Part shown: positions 26,913-36,880 of the stretch, in pieces
Layout of the letters: every line of letters starts with the position of its first letter
How positions within the stretch are numbered: the stretch's first letter is position 1
DNA from: an uncultured Desulfospira sp.
GTDB lineage: Bacteria; Desulfobacterota; Desulfobacteria; Desulfobacterales; Desulfobacteraceae
Length of the DNA: 64,000 nucleotides
Direction: 5' to 3'
Assembly (NCBI GenBank): GCA_963663165.1
Contig: OY760175.1
Location: 224,001 to 288,000 of the forward strand
Program-made: the position numbers and the translations under genes
The notes under the pieces: model-generated
Database searches by the model: none
The model's input: the letters and a program-made list of their open reading frames with translations, nothing else
What the model was told of the DNA's origin: nothing

Positions 26913-28139
26913 TCAGGATTTGGAAAGCAGCACCTTTGCCACAGCCCGTTCCATTTGCTCAAGCCGGGTGGTAAGATCGCCGGTATAGCCTATGGCGATC
27001 CTGAGCAGGCCGGGTGACAGGCCCATTTTCTGCTGATCCTCAATGCCGATTTCAGAGGATGTCGAGGAGCCAGAACAGCTGATCAGGGTGTCAAAATATC
27101 CCAAAGAGACTGCAATCATGCCAAAGGCCTCTTCATTCTGGAGGACTTCCATGAGCGCTTCGGCCTTTTCCCGGGTACCGCAGTCAATGGCCAGGATGCC
27201 GCCAAGGCCGTATTTTTCATTGGACAGCTGACAGGCCAGATCATGCTCGGGGTGGTCGGGCAGGCCCGGATAGGTCACTTTTATGCCCATGTCTTTGAGC
27301 ATGTCAGCCATGGCCGCGCCCCTGCGGCTGTGTTCTTTCATCCGGATGGGCAGGTGGGGAATCCGCTGGATCAGGTCAAAGGCCACCCGGGGATCCATGG
27401 TGGGGCCTAACAGCATGACCCGGCCGGTATGAAGATCCATTAAATCCAGGATAAATTGTTTATCACCGCAAATGGCGCCGGCTATGAGATCGCTGGCGCC
27501 GTTGATGTACTTGGTGAGCGAATAGACCACCACATCCGCCCCAAGGACCTTTGGCGTAAAAATCAGCGGCGAAAAGGTATTGTCCACAACCAGCTTGATG
27601 TCATTTTTCCGGGCCTGCCTGGAAAGGGCTGGGATATCGGCGATCCTGAGGGTGGGATTGCCCATGGTTTCTGTATAGATCACCTTTGTTTTCTTGGTGA
27701 TGGCTTGGGCGACAGCGGATAAATCCGTGATATTCACAAAGGTGGTTTTAATGTTCATCTGGGGCAGCAGAGATTCCAAAAGGGCGTGGGTGCCGCCGTA
27801 AATGCTTTGGCTGGCCACAATATGATCTCCGCTTTGGCAAATCTGCATTATGGCGCAGGCAATGGCCGCCATGCCGCTGGCTGTGCAGACAGCCGCTTGG
27901 GTGCCTTCAATCGCTGCCAGATACCGGGACAGCACATCCACTGTGGGGTTGAAATGGCGGCTGTAGAGAAAGCATCCTCCCTGTTCAGGACCTTTAAGGC
28001 CGCTGAATATTTCCGGCATGGTCTGGGGGTGTATTACCGTAAAGGTTGCGGAACGGGATATGGAAGGGGCCACCCCGCCGTGTTCGCCAAACTCTCTTCG
28101 GGCACTGAGCAGCGCCTGTTCGGGATTATAGGTTTTCAC
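26913..28139 (-). CDS. Cys/Met metabolism PLP enzyme (methionine gamma-lyase-like)
   Basis: YSRHFNPT, ASGMAAI, DNTF, SLTKYING. Confidence 0.88.
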   Translation of the reverse strand: MKTYNPEQALLSARREFGEHGGVAPSISRSATFTVIHPQTMPEIFSGLKGPEQGGCFLYSRHFNPTVDVLSRYLAAIEGTQAAVCTASGMAAIACAIMQICQSGDHIVASQSIYGGTHALLESLLPQMNIKTTFVNITDLSAVAQAITKKTKVIYTETMGNPTLRIADIPALSRQARKNDIKLVVDNTFSPLIFTPKVLGADVVVYSLTKYINGASDLIAGAICGDKQFILDLMDLHTGRVMLLGPTMDPRVAFDLIQRIPHLPIRMKEHSRRGAAMADMLKDMGIKVTYPGLPDHPEHDLACQLSNEKYGLGGILAIDCGTREKAEALMEVLQNEEAFGMIAVSLGYFDTLISCSGSSTSSEIGIEDQQKMGLSPGLLRIAIGYTGDLTTRLEQMERAVAKVLLSKS

Positions 28140-28225
28140 AATAAACCTCCTTTGGCCGGCGGCCGCTGTGTTTTGTTTTTTCGATAGATAAAATGTACCA
28201 GGAATTTAATGAAATGTCCTGGCTT

Positions 28226-28316
28226 TTTAACGGCCACGGGCCGCCCTGGTTATCCAACCAAGAACCGCTCACAACGAATAATGAAAGTCTTATCAGGATG
28301 TTAGTGAGACTTTTTT
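28226..28316 (-). repeat. Dispersed two-hairpin intergenic repeat, copy 1
   Basis: Reverse-complement homologue of 49518-49590 and 60798-60890. Confidence 0.8.
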
Positions 28317-28334
28317 ATAAAAAGAGATGAACAG

Positions 28335-29078
28335 TTACGGGTAGTTGACCTTCTCAAGAAAAAGCCCCCCTGCCGGGGCTGTGGCACCGGCAAGCCGGCG
28401 GTCTTTTACCTCTAAAATCTGTTTAAACTGTTTGGGTGATATCTTTTCATGCCCGGCATCCACCAGGGTGCCGACAATATTGCGGACCATGTTTTTTAAA
28501 AACCCGGAGGCACAGACTTTAAAGACGATGGTGTCGTTATCCCCCACGTCCGTACGGGCAAAGAAAATCTGCCGCTGGGTGGAGGTCCGGGGGCTGCCCG
28601 TGTTTTCAAAGGATTTAAAATCGTGGGTGCCCTGAAGAAAGCGGCAGCACTGGTTCATCAGATCAAGGTTAAGGGGGGCGCGGACATGCCACAGATAATC
28701 TTTTCCAATGGCGCAGGGGTCCTGCCGGTTCAGAATAATATAGTGGTACTCTTTGGAAAAGGCACTGTACTGGGCATGAAATTGATTGTCCACTATGCGG
28801 CAGTCCCGGATCACCACGGGGTACCGGATCAGGCTGTTGATCCCTTTTTTGAGTTCTTCGGGAGTGACCCGTGTTTTGGCCTTAAAGCTTGCCACCTGGC
28901 CCCGGGCGTGAACCCCGGCATCGGTTCTTCCCGAACCTGAGATGGCAATTTCCTGGTTAAGGATGATGGAGATGGTTTTTTCTAACTCTCCCTGGACCGT
29001 TACCCGGTCCTTTTGCCGCTGCCAGCCAAAGAAGGGGGTGCCGTCATACTCAATAACGAGTTTGAAGTTCAGGGTCAT
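28335..29078 (-). CDS. truA: tRNA pseudouridine(38-40) synthase
   Basis: EYDGT.F.GWQ.Q, GRTDAGVHA.GQ, GFL.NMVR.IVG. Confidence 0.96.
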   Translation of the reverse strand: MTLNFKLVIEYDGTPFFGWQRQKDRVTVQGELEKTISIILNQEIAISGSGRTDAGVHARGQVASFKAKTRVTPEELKKGINSLIRYPVVIRDCRIVDNQFHAQYSAFSKEYHYIILNRQDPCAIGKDYLWHVRAPLNLDLMNQCCRFLQGTHDFKSFENTGSPRTSTQRQIFFARTDVGDNDTIVFKVCASGFLKNMVRNIVGTLVDAGHEKISPKQFKQILEVKDRRLAGATAPAGGLFLEKVNYP

Positions 29079-29524
29079 TGCGCCGGGTCGTTGTCTTCTT
29101 TGAAATGGGCGGCCATGAGGCTGCCGGCCTGTTCAATGTCCCGGGAAAGGGTTGCCGCGGTCTGCTGTCCCAGGATTTTGGTGTAGTTGCGGTAAAGGTT
29201 CAGGTAGGCCTTTGCCAGGTCCGGTTTGAGCTGCAGGCATTTTTCGGTGGGAAGGACCTGGATGGTTTTGCCCCTGTTTTTTCTTCGTAATAGCTTTTTT
29301 CGGGTAAGGGCATCCATGAACCGGGTAATGGTGGAGGGGCTCAGCTGCATCTGCCGGCTCAGTTCTTTGGGGCTTATGCCGGGCTGGTCAAGGATGAGGA
29401 GCAACAGGGAGGCATGGGCCGGGGAGAGCTTTAACGGCTTGAATTCGGTATCCGCCAGTTTCAGCATCTGCCTTGACAAGACATTGACATGATAAAACAG
29501 GCAGCCGCTGAAAAAAGAATCCAT
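29075..29524 (-). CDS. MarR-family regulator
   Basis: wHTH signature PKELS..MQLSPSTITR..D.L. Confidence 0.85.
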   Translation of the reverse strand: MDSFFSGCLFYHVNVLSRQMLKLADTEFKPLKLSPAHASLLLLILDQPGISPKELSRQMQLSPSTITRFMDALTRKKLLRRKNRGKTIQVLPTEKCLQLKPDLAKAYLNLYRNYTKILGQQTAATLSRDIEQAGSLMAAHFKEDNDPAQ

Positions 29525-29632
29525 AAATTATCCGGTATGGGGTCTTAAGATAACATTCATTTTTACAAATATGCTTTTTCCATTCAGAAATCAACAGTGT
29601 GAAAAAAAATACCTAAAAGTGAGACATTTTTT

Positions 29633-30496
29633 TCATAGTTTGGGTAATTTTTTACCCAATGGGTTGTTAATGCTGTGGGTTCTCAATAACGCAAGCCCCG
29701 GCAGGGCCAGCAGCCAGAAGCTTGCGGGGATCGGAACCGGGTAAGCCGTTGCGATCACCAGGGCTTCATCGCCCCAGAATACCGGGTCCTGGCCGGACAC
29801 TTCGCCGGTGGTGTAGGCATAGGCAAAATCAAACCATTCCCCGGCCAGGAGAATGCCGTCGCCGTCAGCGTCGGCACTCAGGTTTTCCAGTCCGTTGATC
29901 AGGCCTTGTGTGAATATACTCAGGGCGTCATTCCAGCCATAAGACTCCTGATCTTCCTGGCTGGAACCTAAAAAGGTCAGGTTCGAAACCGTGTTTAAGT
30001 CATTGGTGCCGCCGATGAATCCGCCGCTGTAGCAGGCGTCCATAATAACGATGGTGGTAACGCCCTCAAAGGCCTGGGTGTTGAAGATTTGGGCAAGCGC
30101 ATCGTCTGTCAGCTGGTCTGAGTCACCCCAAAGTCCCACGGTTTCATCCCAGGCATCTGATGCAAAACTCTTTGCACCGGTTTCATCGGGATCACTGTCG
30201 CTGTCTGATATATAACCGCCATGCCCCGAGTATACAAAGAAAAGGGTGTCCCCCGGGCTCAGCAGGCTTGCCCAGTCCGTGAGTGCGGCAGTGATGCCCG
30301 TGCCGGTCTGATTCGCCAGTGTAAAAGAATTGGATTCAAGCTCTTCCAAGGTGTAAAGGCTGCTCAAGGCAGCAGATATTGCATCAACATCTTCGATATA
30401 GCCGTCGTTCCCAATGCCGGCAAACCAGATGGACGCAAAAACAGGCAGGGGCAGAAAAATCAGGGCAAGGCCGGCCAGCACAGGGGGTAATTTCAA
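29633..30496 (-). CDS. Exported caspase-like (peptidase C14) protein with VPLPA/PEP-CTERM-type tail
   Basis: Signal peptide; YSGHG and DACYSG catalytic dyad; C-terminal PVPIPASFWLLALPGLALLR. Confidence 0.82.
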   Translation of the reverse strand: MKLPPVLAGLALIFLPLPVFASIWFAGIGNDGYIEDVDAISAALSSLYTLEELESNSFTLANQTGTGITAALTDWASLLSPGDTLFFVYSGHGGYISDSDSDPDETGAKSFASDAWDETVGLWGDSDQLTDDALAQIFNTQAFEGVTTIVIMDACYSGGFIGGTNDLNTVSNLTFLGSSQEDQESYGWNDALSIFTQGLINGLENLSADADGDGILLAGEWFDFAYAYTTGEVSGQDPVFWGDEALVIATAYPVPIPASFWLLALPGLALLRTHSINNPLGKKLPKL

Positions 30497-30594
30497 CTTG
30501 GAACAGGCTCCTTTTATGGTTTTGGCTGTGGGTAACCGTCAACATTCATGAGGGCATTAACTTTAAATCCCATTTCAATTATCATGAGTAAATA

Positions 30595-30610
30595 AGCAAA
30601 ATCCGTTCCC
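30595..30610 (-). promoter_or_regulatory. Possible sigma54 promoter of the caspase-like gene
   Basis: GGGAACGGATTTTGCT (GG-N10-GC). Confidence 0.5.
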
Positions 30611-30761
30611 AAGTTGAAAAGAATTTAAATTTTCATGAACGGTTCAGGGTTGAACTCAAAGGGTAAATATTATAAAACCGTCACGGGTGACCAGGCTTTA
30701 ACACCAGCGAAAAAAACCGGCTCAATAAGCAACGGTAACAATTTTTTTTAAGGAGGCAGCC

Positions 30762-31439
30762 ATGAAACTAAGATATTTTTCCCATTCAGCGTTTCAACTG
30801 ACAACGGATCAGGGGCTTAAAATCCTGTTTGACCCCTTTCTGGACGGCAACCCCACCTGCCCGGTCTCTTCGGACCAGGTGGATGCCGGGTTTATTTTGC
30901 TCAGTCACGGGCACGGTGATCACTTGGGGGACACCCTGTCCATTGCCAGGCGGTGCGGCAGCCTCTGTATCGCGGAAAACGAACTGGCCTCCTATCTTGG
31001 CGCCAAGGGCCTGTCCTCCCATACCATGCATATCGGCGGGGCCTATGACTTTGATTTTGGGCGGGTCAAGCTGACCCAGGCCTTTCATACCTCGGTGACC
31101 CCGGACAAGGAATGCCACGGCGCCCCAACCGGAATTCTCGTGACCGCCGATGGCAAAACCATTTACCATATGGGGGACACCGGGCTTTTTTCCGATTTAA
31201 AACTTATTGGAGAGATGAATGCCATCGACTATATGCTCACCCCCATCGGGGATAACTTTACCATGGGCATTGATGATGCGGTCAAGGCCTGTGAATTTGT
31301 CCGGCCCAAAACCGTGATCCCCATGCATTATAACACGTTCCCGGTCATAGAATGTGATCCGCTTGAGTTCAAGAAAAAAGTTGAGGCCTGCGGCATGGAC
31401 TGCCGGGTCATGGAATTTGGACAGGAAATGGATATCTGA
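30762..31439 (+). CDS. UPF0173 metallo-beta-lactamase-fold hydrolase
   Basis: SHGHGDH, YHMGDT, IPMHYNTF. Confidence 0.9.
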   Translation: MKLRYFSHSAFQLTTDQGLKILFDPFLDGNPTCPVSSDQVDAGFILLSHGHGDHLGDTLSIARRCGSLCIAENELASYLGAKGLSSHTMHIGGAYDFDFGRVKLTQAFHTSVTPDKECHGAPTGILVTADGKTIYHMGDTGLFSDLKLIGEMNAIDYMLTPIGDNFTMGIDDAVKACEFVRPKTVIPMHYNTFPVIECDPLEFKKKVEACGMDCRVMEFGQEMDI

Positions 31440-31450
31440 TTTAGCATAAC

Positions 31451-32377
31451 ATGGACATTACCCGACAGTTTAAAGCCCTTTCCGATTCAACCCGGCTTAG
31501 GTTGCTCAATGTGTTGAACCAGTGTGAACTCAGTGTGAGTGAGATCGTGTCCATTGTGGACATGATACAGTCCGGGGTGTCCCGGCATTTAAAGATCCTG
31601 CTGGAGTCCGGCCTGCTGGTTTCCCGCAAACAGGGCAGTTATATTTATTATTCCGCCAACCGGGCTAACCATAATCAAATATTGATCGATTATGTTTGTG
31701 CCATGGCCAAACAGGAACCGGTCTGCTGCCGGGACCTTGAAAAGGCCGGGCAGAGCATCGAAAACCGCAAAAGCAGAAGCCGCCGGTTTTTCAGGACCGT
31801 AGCCCCCCAGTGGGACCGGCTCAAAAAAGAGGTTTTAGGGGAGTTTAACCTCAATGATGTCCTGAAAAGTCAAATTAACGGGGCGGGTGCTGTTGCTGAT
31901 TTAGGATGCGGAACAGGGGAACTGCTCGAATGCCTGCATATGGATAAAACCATGTTCGGTGCCTGCGCTCTGATCGGCGTGGATTCTTCACCGGAAATGC
32001 TGGAACAGGCCCGTATCCGGCTTTCTGGCGTGCCGGACATCAATCTTCGGCTAGGAGAGCTTGAAAATCTCCCCATGAGGGACCGGGAAGTGGATGCCGT
32101 GATCATGAGCATGGTGTTGTTTCATATTTTTGAGCCGCCAAAGGCCATTGAAGAAGCGGCCCGGGTCCTTAAGCCTTCGGGCCGGTTTGTCCTGGCTGAT
32201 TTTGAAAAACACGGCCGGGAAGAAATAAAAAAAATTATCGGCGGCGTCTGGCTGGGGTTTACCCGATCCAGTATTGAAGCCCAGCTGAAGTCATCAGGAT
32301 TTAACCCATTGGACTATCAGCGGTTTAAGGTGTCCCATGACCTTCATATCAGCCTTTATACCGCCGATAAAATTTAA
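31451..32377 (+). CDS. ArsR HTH + SAM-methyltransferase regulator (SahR-like architecture)
   Basis: KALSD.TRLR..., SRHLK.L; DLGCGTG. Confidence 0.88.
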   Translation: MDITRQFKALSDSTRLRLLNVLNQCELSVSEIVSIVDMIQSGVSRHLKILLESGLLVSRKQGSYIYYSANRANHNQILIDYVCAMAKQEPVCCRDLEKAGQSIENRKSRSRRFFRTVAPQWDRLKKEVLGEFNLNDVLKSQINGAGAVADLGCGTGELLECLHMDKTMFGACALIGVDSSPEMLEQARIRLSGVPDINLRLGELENLPMRDREVDAVIMSMVLFHIFEPPKAIEEAARVLKPSGRFVLADFEKHGREEIKKIIGGVWLGFTRSSIEAQLKSSGFNPLDYQRFKVSHDLHISLYTADKI

Positions 32378-32400
32378 CCCGGGATATAAAATCAAAAACC

Positions 32401-32463
32401 AACAGCTAAAGGCTAAAGGCTATCAGCTATCAGCCAACAGCTAAAGGCTAACAGCCAACAGCT
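32401..32463 (+). repeat. Degenerate 7-bp tandem repeat x9
   Basis: AACAGCT AAAGGCT AAAGGCT ATCAGCT ATCAGCC AACAGCT AAAGGCT AACAGCC AACAGCT. Confidence 0.88.
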
Positions 32464-32481
32464 AACAAACAAGGAGACCCC

Positions 32482-33903
32482 ATGATTATTCCTGTCATTC
32501 TGGCCGGAGGGTCCGGCACCCGCCTGTGGCCCCTTTCCCGCGAATTGTTTCCCAAGCAGCTGATCGATCTCTACAACCAGGACACCATGATTCAAAATAC
32601 AATCCTGCGCCTTGACGGCATAGAGGGCCTTGGCGCCCCCATGGTGATCTGCAATGAAGACCACCGGTTTATGACCGCTGAACAGCTGCGGCAGATTGAT
32701 AAAGAGCCCATGGCCATTATCCTGGAGCCCGTGGGCCGCAATACAGCCCCGGCCATTGCCTTGGCCGCCCTTAAACTCCTTGAAGCCAATGAAGACCCCA
32801 TCATGCTGGTGCTGCCGGCAGATCATGTTATTGAGAACGTAAACGCCTTTCACCAGGCCATCGCCACAGGCGAACGGCTGGCCGGGCAGGGGAACCTGAT
32901 CACTTTTGGCATTGTGCCCTCAAGCCCTGAAACCGGTTACGGGTATATTCAAAAAGGGCAGGAAATTGACAGTGAATCCAACACCTGCAAGATCGCCCGG
33001 TTTGTGGAAAAGCCGGACCTTGAAACGGCAAAGGCGTATCTGGCCGCCAATGAGTACTGCTGGAATTCGGGCATGTTCATGTTTAAGGCCTCTACCATTG
33101 TTTCAGAATTGGAAGCATATGCGAAGGACATGCTCGAACTTTGCAAGAAGGCCGTGGCCGGCGGTAAAACCGACCTGGATTTTCTCAGGATAGACCCGGC
33201 GGTGTTTGAGCAGATTGCCCCGGACTCCATTGACTATGCCGTAATGGAAAAAACCCAACACGGCGCCATGATTCCCCTGGATGCCGGGTGGAATGACCTG
33301 GGCTCTTTTGACGCCCTGTGGCAGACCGGAAAGCAGAATGATGACGCCAATGTCCTGGACGGCGATGTTATCTGCCATGATGTTAAAAATTCATTTATCC
33401 ATTCCGGGTCCCGGCTGGTTGCTGCGGTGGGGCTTGACGGGTTTGTCATTGTGGAAACCAAAGACTCGGTGCTGGTGTCTCCAAGGGACCGGGTTCAGGA
33501 TGTCAAAAAAATCGTTAACCGGTTAAAAGAACTCAACCGTGAGGAATCCGTCTGCCACCCGAGGGTCTACCGCCCCTGGGGGGATTATGAAACCATTGAT
33601 ATGGCGGACCGGTATCAGGTCAAGCGGATCACTGTAAAACCCGGGGCCAAGCTGTCTTTGCAGAAACACTTTCACCGGGCCGAGCACTGGACCGTGGTGT
33701 CAGGCACCGCCATCGTTACCCGCGGCAAAGAAGAAATTCTGTTAAAAGAGGATGAATCCACCTATATCCCCTTGGGAACCCTGCACCGGCTTGAAAATCC
33801 GGGCAAGATCCCCTTAGAACTCATTGAGGTCCAGTCCGGGGCGTATCTTGGCGAGGATGATATTGTCCGGTTTGATGATGTTTACGGTCGGCAGGCGGAT
33901 TGA
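32482..33903 (+). CDS. manC: Mannose-1-phosphate guanylyltransferase / mannose-6-phosphate isomerase
   Basis: LAGGSGTRLWPLSR..PKQ, FVEKP, RPWG, SLQKH.HRAEHW. Confidence 0.95.
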   Translation: MIIPVILAGGSGTRLWPLSRELFPKQLIDLYNQDTMIQNTILRLDGIEGLGAPMVICNEDHRFMTAEQLRQIDKEPMAIILEPVGRNTAPAIALAALKLLEANEDPIMLVLPADHVIENVNAFHQAIATGERLAGQGNLITFGIVPSSPETGYGYIQKGQEIDSESNTCKIARFVEKPDLETAKAYLAANEYCWNSGMFMFKASTIVSELEAYAKDMLELCKKAVAGGKTDLDFLRIDPAVFEQIAPDSIDYAVMEKTQHGAMIPLDAGWNDLGSFDALWQTGKQNDDANVLDGDVICHDVKNSFIHSGSRLVAAVGLDGFVIVETKDSVLVSPRDRVQDVKKIVNRLKELNREESVCHPRVYRPWGDYETIDMADRYQVKRITVKPGAKLSLQKHFHRAEHWTVVSGTAIVTRGKEEILLKEDESTYIPLGTLHRLENPGKIPLELIEVQSGAYLGEDDIVRFDDVYGRQAD

Positions 33904-34016
33904 TGAGCCATTAAAAAACTGTTGCAAAACCGTTGAAAATATTTAAAACTACCCCTTTAACAATCACATTGCCGGGCAAACGCTGCCCATATCAAGCGTA
34001 ACTGTGGAGCATATGT

Positions 34017-34547
34017 ATGAATGAATCCCTTTTTCCGAGCATGAAGGGCAAATTTCTTTTGGCCATGCCCGGACTGCCTGATCCCAATTTTGCGCAGACA
34101 GTGACATGCATGTGTGAACACAACGATTCCGGGGCCCTCGGATTTATTGTCAACAAAGTCCATCCCCTGCTCACGGGGCGGGAACTGTTTGAAGACCTTG
34201 AGATCGAATTTAACGAAAGTGTGGACAAACTTGATATCTTTCTGGGCGGCCCGGTTCAGCCTTCCGGCGTCTTTATTCTTCACGGCCCGCCCTTTAAATG
34301 GAACGAAACCCTCAAGGTCAGCGACTGGCTGGCCTTGAGCAATTCCAGGGACATTCTTGAGGCTATTGCTGTCGGAAAAGGCCCAGATTTTTTTATGATC
34401 ATGCTCGGATGCGCCGGATGGGGCCCCCTGCAACTGGATAATGAGCTTCAGGATAATGCGTGGTTAACCTGTGACGCCACCCGGGAGATCATGTTTGACA
34501 CCCGGACGGACCACCGGTACGAGAAAGCCATGATGCTGATCTACTGA
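34017..34547 (+). CDS. YqgE/AlgH family protein
   Basis: LAMP.L.DPNF..TV, GGPV, G.AGW...QL..E. Confidence 0.9.
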   Translation: MNESLFPSMKGKFLLAMPGLPDPNFAQTVTCMCEHNDSGALGFIVNKVHPLLTGRELFEDLEIEFNESVDKLDIFLGGPVQPSGVFILHGPPFKWNETLKVSDWLALSNSRDILEAIAVGKGPDFFMIMLGCAGWGPLQLDNELQDNAWLTCDATREIMFDTRTDHRYEKAMMLIY

Positions 34548-34565
34548 CACTTTATCTAAGCGCCT

Positions 34566-36875
34566 ATGACAGCCAACGACTCCCCGATTCAATCCATTAA
34601 ACATTCAATTTCACAGCTGCTGACCGTTATGGACATGATGGAACAGGTGCCGGGGCTGTCTGATCCGGGGCTTTCTACCTTTAAAAGCCAGTGTGAAACC
34701 ATTCCCGGCCTGCTGAACTCGGGAAAGATCAAGGTCGCGGTGGTGGGGGTCATCAAGTCAGGAAAATCCACCTTTATCAATGCCCTGGCCGGAAAAGAGC
34801 TGGTTAAAAGAGGGGCGGGCGTTGTCACCTCTATTACCACACGGATCACCAAAGGCAAGAAAAACCGGGCCGTCATCACCCTTAAATCCTGGGATGAGAT
34901 CAACGCCGTTCTATCAAAAGCCCTTGAGATGTTTCCTGAGAAAATTCCTTCACCGGCACCGTCGAACACCGGCATGCCCCATCCCAAAGATTTTGAAACA
35001 GATTATGGGGATGGCGGCTTAGATATCCGGCGAAGTTCAGACCGGCAGTTTCTAAGACAGGTCTACGATAAGATAGTGCAGGATTTTCCCATTACCGACC
35101 AGGGAATCCGGCCTGAAGCCCTGGTATTGAAAAACGCCCTTGAAGGGTATGAATTTTTAAAGGATAAAACCGGTGCCGACCCGGTCTGTCTTGAGTTTTC
35201 AGGCAAAGATTTTGAGTTTCACCAGGGGTTTACAGGGGATCCGGCCAGGGCCTTTTACGTGAAAGATGTCTGCCTGGAGATCTTTGGCAAAATCATTGAG
35301 CCCAACATTGAATTGGCCGATTGCCAGGGGGCGGACTCCACAGATCCCGGGCAGCTGTCACAGATCCTGAGGTATATTGAATCAGCCAATTTTATCGTAT
35401 ATTGCATCAGCTCAAGAAACGGGCTAAGACAGGCGGATATGGAGTTTCTAAGGCTGATCAAGAAACTCGGGCTGCTTGAAAATATCTTGTTCCTCAACAA
35501 CTGCGACCTTTCCGAACACGAGAACCTTGCCGATCTTAAGGCCATTGAGTCAAAGATTTTAAATGAGTTACGTTTTTTTCTGCCCCATCCCCGGCTGTAT
35601 TCTTTTTCTGCCCTGTATGACCTGTTCGCTGCCATGGAACAACGGCTTACCCCAAAAAACCGGCTCAGGTTTGACGCATGGCAGGGTGAGGATCAGATGG
35701 TTTCATTTTGCAGCGAAAACAGCCAAAAATTTCGTGAGCAATTCAATAAGGCGCTGGCCGGGCAGCATTTTTACCTGGTGTTTGCAAGCCACAGGTCCCG
35801 GCTGTTGTCCATGGCCGGGGCAATGGACAAGACGGCCGGCATGGCCCTGCAGATGGTCCGGGCCAAGGCGCCGGATCAGGATAAGGCAAGGCAGCGCGTG
35901 ACCCGGATCAGGGAAGATGGGCTGCGCTTGAGAACCATTGCCGACAATTCCGTTGAAGGGGCCGTGGCAGGCCTTGAAAACCAGATCAGGGCAGACCTTG
36001 GAAATATTTTTTTCAAGGACGCCATGAACATCAGAAAAAAGACCCGGGACTTTATCCGGATGACCCCCATTGACCCTTCCCCTTACCGGCATTTGCTTCG
36101 GGAATCGGGGTTCCGGCATATTCTTTATCTCATGTTTCAGGATTTTAAACGGAAGCTGGATCTGTTTGCCGTTGCCAATATCCTGCCGGATATTAAAAAA
36201 ATGGTTCAGGAACAGGAAAAAAGGGTGGAAACTTACTTTCAATCCCTGCTGGATTCCTATAAAATTGATCTGCTCAAAGGCAAACAAATTCTGGATCAGG
36301 GCCCGGTGCCTGTCAATACCGTGGCCCCGCAGAACAATGCCCCCCATGGGAACACCGTTGGGGACCGCGAAACCGAAAAGGCCTCAGGTGAAGCTGAAAC
36401 CATTGATATGGCAACGATTAAGAAAATTTTAGGCCTGGAACTGCCCGAGACCTTGTTTTCCCCGGTGTATACCCCTAAGGTTAAGGCAGGGGCCATGACC
36501 GGCCTAGGCATTCAAAGTGTTTTGATGCTGGTGGCATCGTTTTTAAACAAAAATACCACCTTTTCATTTACGCCGGGATTTAACCGGGCCGCCGCCGTCA
36601 TCAAAAAAGAAAGCCAGAACCTGGTTGGGCAGCAGATTGAGCAGTACTACCACGTTCTTTTAAACCAGTATTTCATTCCGTTGATTCAGGCCGCTACCCG
36701 GGATTTCAAGGAGAAGATCCATGACCGGTTTTCCCTTTACGATTCGCTGAAAGAGGACATGGACCGGATTCTTGCCCTGCATGAAACGGAAAAAGAAAGA
36801 CAGGAGGAAAACATTCTGGCCATCAGGGCAACCCTTGCCTCAGTCACCCAGACCCTGGAAGCCATGGGGAGTTGA
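34566..36875 (+). CDS. Dynamin-family GTPase
   Basis: G1 GVIKSGKST, G2 VVT, G3 DCQG, long helical C-terminus. Confidence 0.8.
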   Translation: MTANDSPIQSIKHSISQLLTVMDMMEQVPGLSDPGLSTFKSQCETIPGLLNSGKIKVAVVGVIKSGKSTFINALAGKELVKRGAGVVTSITTRITKGKKNRAVITLKSWDEINAVLSKALEMFPEKIPSPAPSNTGMPHPKDFETDYGDGGLDIRRSSDRQFLRQVYDKIVQDFPITDQGIRPEALVLKNALEGYEFLKDKTGADPVCLEFSGKDFEFHQGFTGDPARAFYVKDVCLEIFGKIIEPNIELADCQGADSTDPGQLSQILRYIESANFIVYCISSRNGLRQADMEFLRLIKKLGLLENILFLNNCDLSEHENLADLKAIESKILNELRFFLPHPRLYSFSALYDLFAAMEQRLTPKNRLRFDAWQGEDQMVSFCSENSQKFREQFNKALAGQHFYLVFASHRSRLLSMAGAMDKTAGMALQMVRAKAPDQDKARQRVTRIREDGLRLRTIADNSVEGAVAGLENQIRADLGNIFFKDAMNIRKKTRDFIRMTPIDPSPYRHLLRESGFRHILYLMFQDFKRKLDLFAVANILPDIKKMVQEQEKRVETYFQSLLDSYKIDLLKGKQILDQGPVPVNTVAPQNNAPHGNTVGDRETEKASGEAETIDMATIKKILGLELPETLFSPVYTPKVKAGAMTGLGIQSVLMLVASFLNKNTTFSFTPGFNRAAAVIKKESQNLVGQQIEQYYHVLLNQYFIPLIQAATRDFKEKIHDRFSLYDSLKEDMDRILALHETEKERQEENILAIRATLASVTQTLEAMGS

Positions 36876-36880
36876 TCCGA

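Noticed and set aside
28140..28334. SAM riboswitch upstream of the Met/Cys lyase
   Set aside because: No SAM-I core recognisable; the structured sequence is a dispersed repeat also found beside unrelated genes.
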